DNA of 64,000 nucleotides from Alphaproteobacteria bacterium (GTDB lineage Bacteria; Pseudomonadota; Alphaproteobacteria; UBA828): NCBI GenBank assembly GCA_963667705.1, contig OY763937.1, positions 515,821 to 579,820 of the forward strand, read 5' to 3'. Shown piece by piece: positions 56,619 to 64,000 of this stretch (position 1 is its first letter; each line of letters starts with the position of its first letter). The notes under the pieces were generated by a model. It saw only the letters and a program-made list of their open reading frames with translations, ran no database searches and was not told where the DNA came from. The position numbers and the translations under genes were made by a program.

Positions 56619-57851
56619 GTGACGATCCTGTTCGAGGACTGTCGGGTATTCGACGGCGCCTCGGCCGAGCCGCGCGAGGGCGCCACCGTGGTGGTGGAGC
56701 AGGGCCGCATCAGGGAGATCGCGGACGGCGCGGTCGCAGGCCTCGCCGATGCCGCGCGCGTGGCCTGCGCCGGCCGCACGCTGATGCCGGGGCTGATCGA
56801 CGCGCACTTCCACGCCTGTCTCGTCGACCTCGACATCCCCTCCATCGACGACATGCCGGCGTCGCTGCTCTACCAGCACGCCCGGCACAACCTGGAGGGT
56901 GCGCTCAGGCGGGGCTTCACCACGGTGCGCGACGCCGGCGGCGCCGACCTCGGCCTCGCGCTCGCGACAGAGCGCGGGCTCATCGCGGGCCCCCGCATCC
57001 TCTTCGCGGGGCGCGGGCTGAGTCAGACCGGCGGCCACGGCGACATGCGCAGCCAGACCCGCTTCGAGCCCTGCGCCTGCGCCGCCGGCTATCACGGGCC
57101 GATCACCCGCGTCGCCGACGGCGTCGACGCGGTGCGCCTCGCGGCGCGGGAGGAGCTGCGCAAGGGCGCGCACCAGATCAAGATGATGGTCTCGGGCGGC
57201 GTGCTCTCGCCGGCAGACCCCATCTGGATGGACCAGTATTCCGACGAGGAGATCAGGGCCGGCGTGGAGGAAGCCGCGACGCGCCGCACCTACGTGATGG
57301 CGCACGCGCACACGGCAAGCGCGGTGCGCCGCTGTGCGGCCCTCGGCGTCCGCTCCATCGAGCACGGCACCCTGATCGACGCGGGCGCGGCGGAGGCTGC
57401 GGCCGGCGTGGGCGCCTTCGTGGTGCCGACGCTGGTGACGATCTTCGCCATGATCGAATCGGGCGCCGAGTTCGGTTTGCCCAAGGTGTTCGCCGAGAAG
57501 CTCGGGGACCTGGGCGAGGAGGGGCTCCGCTCGCTGGAGATCTGCCGCGCGGCCGGGGTGCCCATGGGTTTCGGCACCGACCTGCTCGGACCGCTGCAGG
57601 ACCAGCAGAGCCGGGAGTTCCTGATCCGCGCCGAGGTGCTGACGCCGCTCGACGTGCTGCGCTCGGCCACCTCGGTCAACGCGGCACTGATCGGGCAGGC
57701 CGGCGAGCTCGGCACCATCGCGCCGGGCGCGGTCGCGGACATCCTGGTGGTGGACGGCGACCCGGCCCGCGACCTCGGCCTGCTGCAGGAGCAGGGGCGT
57801 CACATCCCGGTAATCATGAAGGACGGCCGGTTCTGCAAGAACGCCCTCTGA
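56619..57851 (+). CDS. Amidohydrolase family protein (metal-dependent hydrolase, TIM-barrel)
   Basis: Metal-binding HFH motif near the N-terminus (IDAHFHA), further conserved His/Asp residues, and a length of about 410 aa. Confidence 0.75.
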   Translation: MTILFEDCRVFDGASAEPREGATVVVEQGRIREIADGAVAGLADAARVACAGRTLMPGLIDAHFHACLVDLDIPSIDDMPASLLYQHARHNLEGALRRGFTTVRDAGGADLGLALATERGLIAGPRILFAGRGLSQTGGHGDMRSQTRFEPCACAAGYHGPITRVADGVDAVRLAAREELRKGAHQIKMMVSGGVLSPADPIWMDQYSDEEIRAGVEEAATRRTYVMAHAHTASAVRRCAALGVRSIEHGTLIDAGAAEAAAGVGAFVVPTLVTIFAMIESGAEFGLPKVFAEKLGDLGEEGLRSLEICRAAGVPMGFGTDLLGPLQDQQSREFLIRAEVLTPLDVLRSATSVNAALIGQAGELGTIAPGAVADILVVDGDPARDLGLLQEQGRHIPVIMKDGRFCKNAL

Positions 57852-57943
57852 CCGGCGGTTTCCAGGGTGTGAGACATGGCACGCGCCGGGCCGCGAAGCG
57901 GACCGGTCTGCACCTCAGGGAGATCAGGAAGCGTCGGGGAGGT

Positions 57944-59455
<1,512 letters not shown>

Positions 59456-59766
59456 CGCCGCGCCGCATGGCGCCGGCTACCGCGCATCACAGGCAAGAGA
59501 GATGGTGCAGGGTCGTGCTCCTTCGGCGGCGTGGCAGCCCTGTCGCGGCTGCCGGGGAGCCCGCCTTCGGACCCGAAACCGCGCACGCACGGCGCGCGGC
59601 GTCCTTCATCGGCGCCGTCCTACATCCGGCGCGGCCCGGCGTCAATCGCCATCTGCCGGCGGGCCGACGATGCGCGCCTCGCAGGACGCTTTCGTGTCGG
59701 GTTTGCGTCAGCGGGATAGCGTCTTGTGCGCCCGGGCCGTTCGCGTAGTATCGAGCCGCACGGGGC

Positions 59767-59841
59767 GCGGGCGTAGCTCAGGGGTAGAGCACAACCTTGC
59801 CAAGGTTGGGGTCGTGGGTTCGAATCCCATCGCCCGCTCCA
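59767..59841 (+). tRNA. tRNA-Gly (anticodon GCC)
   Basis: Cloverleaf read by hand: acceptor GCGGGCG/CGCCCGC, D-arm GCTCAGGGGTAGAGC, anticodon loop TTGCCAA, T-arm GTGGGTTCGAATCCCAT, encoded CCA. Confidence 0.85.
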
Positions 59842-59946
59842 TCTCCCGCGCCCTTCGGCGTCGGCGCGGGCGCCTCTCCACCGCACGCAGGGGAGACGGC
59901 CGGGATGCGCGTGCCGCCCTCCATATCCGCCCCGAGGCCCTGAGCG

Positions 59947-60354
59947 GTGTCCGCGCTCGTCACCCATGCGGGCGGCTGCCACTGCGGCGCGGTGCGCTTC
60001 ACCTGCGAGGCGCCGGCCGCGATCGAGGTGCTGGACTGCGACTGCTCGATCTGCCGCATGAGCGGATACCGCCACCTGGTGGTACCGAAAGGGCGCTTCA
60101 GCCTGCTCTCAGGCGCAGACACCCTGCGCAGCTACCGCTTCGGCACGCGTGTGGCCGAGCACCTGTTCTGCGCGGTCTGCGGCGTGAAGTCCTTCTACGT
60201 GCCGCGCTCGGCGCCGGACAGCTACAGCGTCAACGCGCTCTGCCTCGATCCCGGCACGGTGACGGCCATGCGGGTGATCGCGCTCGACGGCGCCAACTGG
60301 AGCCTCGAGGACCGCGGGCCGACGCCGCTCCGGCACCCGGGGGAGGAGAGCTGA
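59947..60354 (+). CDS. GFA-family (CENP-V/glutathione-dependent formaldehyde-activating) protein
   Basis: Zn-binding CHCGAVRF...CDCSICR...C..C pattern, and a length of about 135 aa. Confidence 0.75.
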   Translation: MSALVTHAGGCHCGAVRFTCEAPAAIEVLDCDCSICRMSGYRHLVVPKGRFSLLSGADTLRSYRFGTRVAEHLFCAVCGVKSFYVPRSAPDSYSVNALCLDPGTVTAMRVIALDGANWSLEDRGPTPLRHPGEES

Positions 60355-60364
60355 GGAGCGGTGC

Positions 60365-61312
60365 TCAGGACTGCCCCAGCCGGGCCTCGATGGCGTCCCA
60401 GATCAGGGCCTCGAGGCAGGCGCCGTCGAGCCGGTCGATCTCCTGGATGCCGGTGGGCGAGGTGACGTTGATCTCGGTGAGGAAGCCGCCGATCACGTCG
60501 ATCCCGGTGAAGATCAGCCCGCGCTCGCGCAGCGCCGGCCCTATGGCGGCGCAGATCTCGCGGTCGCGGTCGCTCAGCACGGCCCTGTCGGGGCGGGCGC
60601 CCACGTGCATGTTGGCCCGCGCCTCGCCCGCCGCCGGCACGCGGTTCACCGCGCCCACGGGCTCGCCCTCCACCAGGATGATGCGCTTGTCGCCGGCGCG
60701 CACCGCCGGCACGTAGGCTTGGGCGATGATCGGCTCGCGGGAGACCGCCTCGAACATCTCGAGCAGCGCGTTGAGGTTCTCGTCCTCAGGCCCCACGTGA
60801 AAGACGCCGGCGCCGCCGTTGCCGAAGAGGGGCTTCAGGATGATGTCGCCGTGGCGTGCGCGGAAGTCGAGGATCATGTCGCGCTCGGCGGTGATGAGCG
60901 TCGGCGGCATCAGCGCGGGGAAGCGCGTGACGAAGAGCTTTTCCGGCGCGTTCCGCACATGGACCGGATCGTTCACCACCAGCGTCCCGGGGTGGATGTG
61001 CTCCAGGATGTGGGTGGCGGTGATGTAGGCCATGTCGAAGGGCGGGTCCTGGCGCATCAGGACCACGTCCATGGTGGTCAGCGCCACGGTCTCGGCGGCG
61101 CCCAGGGTGAAGTGGTCGCCGGCCTTGCGCCGCACCCCCAGGGGGCGCACCGATGCCACCGGGCCGTCGGCCGTGAGCGAGAGATGCCGGGGCAGGTAGT
61201 GGAACAGCCGGTGGCCCCGGGCCTGGGCCTCCAGCGCGAGCACGAAGGTGCTGTCGGCCTCGATGTCGATGGCCTCCATCGGGTCCATCTGGATCGCCAC
61301 GGCGAGACTCAT
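60365..61312 (-). CDS. gshB: Glutathione synthetase
   Basis: Prokaryotic GSH synthetase N-terminal substrate-binding domain ([26 protein letters not shown]) and ATP-grasp C-terminal domain. 315 aa. Confidence 0.9.
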   Translation of the reverse strand: MSLAVAIQMDPMEAIDIEADSTFVLALEAQARGHRLFHYLPRHLSLTADGPVASVRPLGVRRKAGDHFTLGAAETVALTTMDVVLMRQDPPFDMAYITATHILEHIHPGTLVVNDPVHVRNAPEKLFVTRFPALMPPTLITAERDMILDFRARHGDIILKPLFGNGGAGVFHVGPEDENLNALLEMFEAVSREPIIAQAYVPAVRAGDKRIILVEGEPVGAVNRVPAAGEARANMHVGARPDRAVLSDRDREICAAIGPALRERGLIFTGIDVIGGFLTEINVTSPTGIQEIDRLDGACLEALIWDAIEARLGQS

Positions 61313-61325
61313 GGCTCAGGCCCGC

Positions 61326-62153
61326 TCAGTGGAGGCTCGCCGTCAGCGTCGCGAGCGTCGCCTCGGCGCGGGCGCGGGCAGCCTCGGGCAGCGGGCAGTC
61401 GAGGCAGTGCTGCAACGCCTCCACCGCACTCTTGATGGTGCCGAGCCGGGCGCGCAGCGTGCCGAGCTCGTGCCAGAGCACGCCGGCCTCCGGCGCGATC
61501 AGCAGCATGCGCTCGAGAATGGCGGCGGCGCGCGCCTCGTCGCCCGACTGGACGGCGCGGCTCTTGATGTTGTTCTGGAGCCTGAGCAGGATCGCCCGGT
61601 TGCCCACTGGCGCATAGTGAGCGGGCCTGAGCTCCGCATCGGCGCCCTGGAACTGCTTGAGCAGGCCGCGCAGGTGGCCGGCCTCCAGCGCCTGGCCGCG
61701 GTGGAAGGGATCGACGATCACGCGGCGGTCGCCCTCGTCCATGCGCACCAGGAAGTGGCCGGGGAAGGCCAGCCCGTCCACCGCCCAGCCCTGGGCGCGG
61801 GCGGCGTGGATGTAGAGGATGCCGAGGCTGACCGGGAGGCCCGCGCGGCGGTCGATGACCTGCAGCAGGTTCGCGTTCTCGGGCGCGTCGTAGCTCTCGC
61901 TGTCGCCGGCGTAGCCGTGCGCATCGAAGAGCACGGCGTTGAGGTGGCGTCGGCGGCGTTCCAGCGGCTCGTCGGCCCGGGCGAGCGCCGCCACGTCGGC
62001 GCCGAGCCGACCGACATGGTCGCGGTAGTGGTCGAGCAACGCGCTCGGCTGGTCGAGGGCGCCGAGCAGCAGCGCGGCGTCCGCCAGGTCGATCTCCTCG
62101 TCGGCACTGGCGCCGACCGTGCGCAGCGCGCGCTCGATCGCAACTGCGGCCAA
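61326..62153 (-). CDS. Transglutaminase-like/TPR protein (SirB1/UPF0162 family)
   Basis: N-terminal transglutaminase-like fold region plus C-terminal TPR-like helices. Positioned next to gshB. Confidence 0.5.
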   Translation of the reverse strand: MAAVAIERALRTVGASADEEIDLADAALLLGALDQPSALLDHYRDHVGRLGADVAALARADEPLERRRRHLNAVLFDAHGYAGDSESYDAPENANLLQVIDRRAGLPVSLGILYIHAARAQGWAVDGLAFPGHFLVRMDEGDRRVIVDPFHRGQALEAGHLRGLLKQFQGADAELRPAHYAPVGNRAILLRLQNNIKSRAVQSGDEARAAAILERMLLIAPEAGVLWHELGTLRARLGTIKSAVEALQHCLDCPLPEAARARAEATLATLTASLH

Positions 62154-62223
62154 TGTCAGGACTCCGCCCGACGCCGCGGGCGACGGCGCCGGCCACCCGC
62201 GCGTCGGGTCGCGGCGTGGGCCA

Positions 62224-62940
62224 TCAGGGCGTATCCGGGCGACGCGGGTCGTCCTTCGTGATCACGTGGCTCACCACGCGCTTCACGTCCTCGATGCTGC
62301 GGGCATGCTCGATCACCCGCGCCAGCTCTGCCTCGTCCTGTGCGATTCCCATGAGGTAGACCGTGCCGTTCACGGTCTCGACGCTGTAGTTGATGGAAAG
62401 CACGTCGACGTCCACCAGGAGAAAGCCCTTGAGCTGCGCCGAGATCCAGGTGTCGCGTGCATAGTCCAGGATGCTGCTCTCGTCGGTCACCTGGATCTCG
62501 TTGATCACCTCGCGGACCCCGCCGGCCTGCCAGGCGAGGCGCAACGCGTTGACGCGGTCCTCGGGCGTCGGCACGCTGCCCTTGAGCAGGACGCGGCCCT
62601 CGATCACGCTGAATGACACGTTCTGGTAGAGCTCGACGTTCTCCCGGAAGAACAGGTGGTTGAGCTCGCCCCGGATGGTCAGGTCGTCGACCGCGTCGCC
62701 GACGGAGCGCTCCTCCGCGATCGCGATGCCAGTGGTCGCCGCCGCGCCGACGAAGAACTCGATGCAGCCCGAGAGAGGCAGGGGAAGGGCGAGCAGCAGG
62801 GCGAATGTCGCGGCCCAGCGGGCACCTTTCCAGCGGCGGAAAAATTCGCTCTCGATGCCGATCCGACGGCGGGCACGCGCAATCAGGGAACGGCCCCGCT
62901 GCGCTCGGGGCGCCAAGCGTCGGGCACGTGGCTCGGCCAT
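62224..62940 (-). CDS. BON-domain lipoprotein (DolP/OsmY-like, two BON domains)
   Basis: Lipobox LSGC, then two BON-domain repeats (LTIRGELNH..., ...TVYLMGIA). The start is uncertain and may overlap the 3' end of yraN. Confidence 0.65.
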   Translation of the reverse strand: MAEPRARRLAPRAQRGRSLIARARRRIGIESEFFRRWKGARWAATFALLLALPLPLSGCIEFFVGAAATTGIAIAEERSVGDAVDDLTIRGELNHLFFRENVELYQNVSFSVIEGRVLLKGSVPTPEDRVNALRLAWQAGGVREVINEIQVTDESSILDYARDTWISAQLKGFLLVDVDVLSINYSVETVNGTVYLMGIAQDEAELARVIEHARSIEDVKRVVSHVITKDDPRRPDTP

Positions 62941-63275
62941 CGCCAGGGGGTCACCACCATTACGTCGAATCGGAGCGAAAGCTTGCGCCAATTCGGATGG
63001 CGCGACAAGAAAATGCTCGCCGCGTCCTCGATCCGGCGCCGCTGACGCGCCGTGACGGTCTCCAGTGCGCCCTCGCGCGCCGCGCGGTGCTTGACCTCGA
63101 CGAAGGCGATGAGCGCACCGCGCTTCGCCACGATGTCGAGCTCGCCGACCGGGGTCTCGTAGCGGCGGGCGAGGATGCGCCAGCCGGCGAGCCTGAGCCT
63201 GAGAGCGCACAGCCGCTCCGCCATCAGGCCCCGGTCATGAGCGGCGCGGCGTGCCGCCGTGGAGCGGGTGTTCAT
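62883..63275 (-). CDS. yraN: YraN-family protein (UPF0102, predicted endonuclease fold)
   Basis: About 130 aa with the conserved core GELDIVA...AFVEVK. The ATG overlaps the rsmI stop (ATGA). Confidence 0.75.
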   Translation of the reverse strand: MNTRSTAARRAAHDRGLMAERLCALRLRLAGWRILARRYETPVGELDIVAKRGALIAFVEVKHRAAREGALETVTARQRRRIEDAASIFLSRHPNWRKLSLRFDVMVVTPWRWPSHVPDAWRPERSGAVP

Positions 63276-64000
63276 GCCTCCCGCGAGCGCGCGAGCGCCA
63301 GCGCGCGGGCATAGAGTTCGCGGCGCGGCCGCCCGGTCTCGGCGCTGAGCTGCGCCGCCGCGTCGCGGACGGTGCCCCTCGCGAGCAGGCCTGCGAGGCG
63401 CCCGTCGATCTCCGCGTCGGAGAGGGCGGGTGCGGCGGCGGCCCGCGCGCCCTCGATCACCACCACGATCTCGCCCCTGGGCGCGCCCGCGGCCCCGTAG
63501 TGGTCCGCAAGCGAGGCAAGGGTTCCGCGCCTCAGCTCCTCGTAGCGCTTGGTGAGCTCGCGCGCCACCGCCGCGGGGCGCGGGCCCAGCGTCGCCGCCA
63601 TGTCGCCCAGCGAGGCCGCGAGCCGGCGCGGGGATTCGAGGAAGACGAGCGTCGCGTCGAGGGAGGCGAGCGGCGCGAGCGCCCGGCGCCGCGCGCCTGC
63701 CCGCGCCGGCAGGAAGCCGCCGAAGTAGAAGCGGTCGGTCGGCAGGCCGGAGAGGATCAGCGCCAGCAGCGGCGCGCTCGGGCCGGGGCAACCGGTCACG
63801 CGGATGCCGGCATCGAGCGCCGCGCGGACCAGCTTGTAGCCGGGATCGGAGATCAGCGGCGTGCCGGCGTCCGCCACCAGCGCCACCGCGCCCCCGCCCC
63901 GCAACAGGCGGATCAGCGTCGGGCGGACGCGTGCCGCGTTGTGCTCGTGGTAAGAGACGAGGCGGCCCGTAATGCCGTGCCGGGCGAGCAGGCGCCCGGT
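63272..64000 (-). CDS. rsmI: 16S rRNA (cytidine1402-2'-O)-methyltransferase RsmI. The 5' end lies beyond the window.
   Basis: Tetrapyrrole-methylase fold motifs (LVSYHEHN, ALVADAGTPLISDPG). The reading frame is open to the window edge. Confidence 0.8.
   Translation of the reverse strand, partial: TGRLLARHGITGRLVSYHEHNAARVRPTLIRLLRGGGAVALVADAGTPLISDPGYKLVRAALDAGIRVTGCPGPSAPLLALILSGLPTDRFYFGGFLPARAGARRRALAPLASLDATLVFLESPRRLAASLGDMAATLGPRPAAVARELTKRYEELRRGTLASLADHYGAAGAPRGEIVVVIEGARAAAAPALSDAEIDGRLAGLLARGTVRDAAAQLSAETGRPRRELYARALALARSREA

Noticed and set aside
59767-59841. tRNA-Gly as the integration site of the island
   Set aside because: It lies 6.4 kb outside the element, beyond four housekeeping-type genes. 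Its 3' end is not duplicated near the integrase. The 11-bp GTGGGACGCAA repeats fit the boundaries better.

Overview
High-GC (about 68-70%) alphaproteobacterial-type chromosomal window.

Core-genome genes lie at both ends. Left end: partial aminotransferase, glutamate dehydrogenase, SDR, 2OG-Fe(II) oxygenase, OmpA-family lipoprotein, amidase, O-methyltransferase. Right end: M20 amidohydrolase, gamma-glutamyltransferase, amidohydrolase, DEAD-box helicase, tRNA-Gly(GCC), GFA, gshB, and a yraN-rsmI block with a BON-domain lipoprotein.

Between about 9.73 and 53.37 kb lies what I interpret as a roughly 43.6 kb integrative mobilizable element. It begins with a tyrosine integrase, and an 11-bp direct repeat (GTGGGACGCAA) sits at both proposed ends. 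Its cargo, in order:
- A defence-like module: a VapB/VapC pair plus a frameshifted archaeo-eukaryotic-primase/SF2-helicase gene.
- A co-oriented biosynthetic operon: B12-binding radical SAM enzyme, RND membrane-fusion protein and permease, a 2351-aa fully reducing FAS/MAS-like type I polyketide synthase (PKS: KS-AT-DH-psiKR-ER-KR-ACP, no thioesterase), and an unusual thioester-reductase + sulfotransferase fusion. I infer a sulfated long-chain alcohol or alkyl-sulfate lipid with its own efflux system.
- A Ti-type DNA-transfer module: MobF/TraA relaxase-helicase, a candidate oriT, a small accessory protein, SSB, a TraG/VirD4 coupling protein, an AlpA regulator and several hypotheticals. No mating-pair-formation type IV secretion system (T4SS) genes are present.
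- At the right end, a nested low-GC islet (about 46.3-53.3 kb). It encodes a 137-aa protein made of five tandem retroviral-type CCHC zinc knuckles, each on an 81-bp DNA repeat. It also encodes three lipoproteins with TbpB/fHbp-like C-terminal beta-barrel signatures (the Slam-dependent surface-lipoprotein type), one carrying an HExxH metalloprotease motif.

Several structured non-coding regions are noted: a roughly 270-bp imperfect palindrome, nested inverted repeats upstream of the PKS, and an inverted repeat in the traA-traC intergenic region.

All assignments come from reading motifs in the translated ORFs. No database searches were run.
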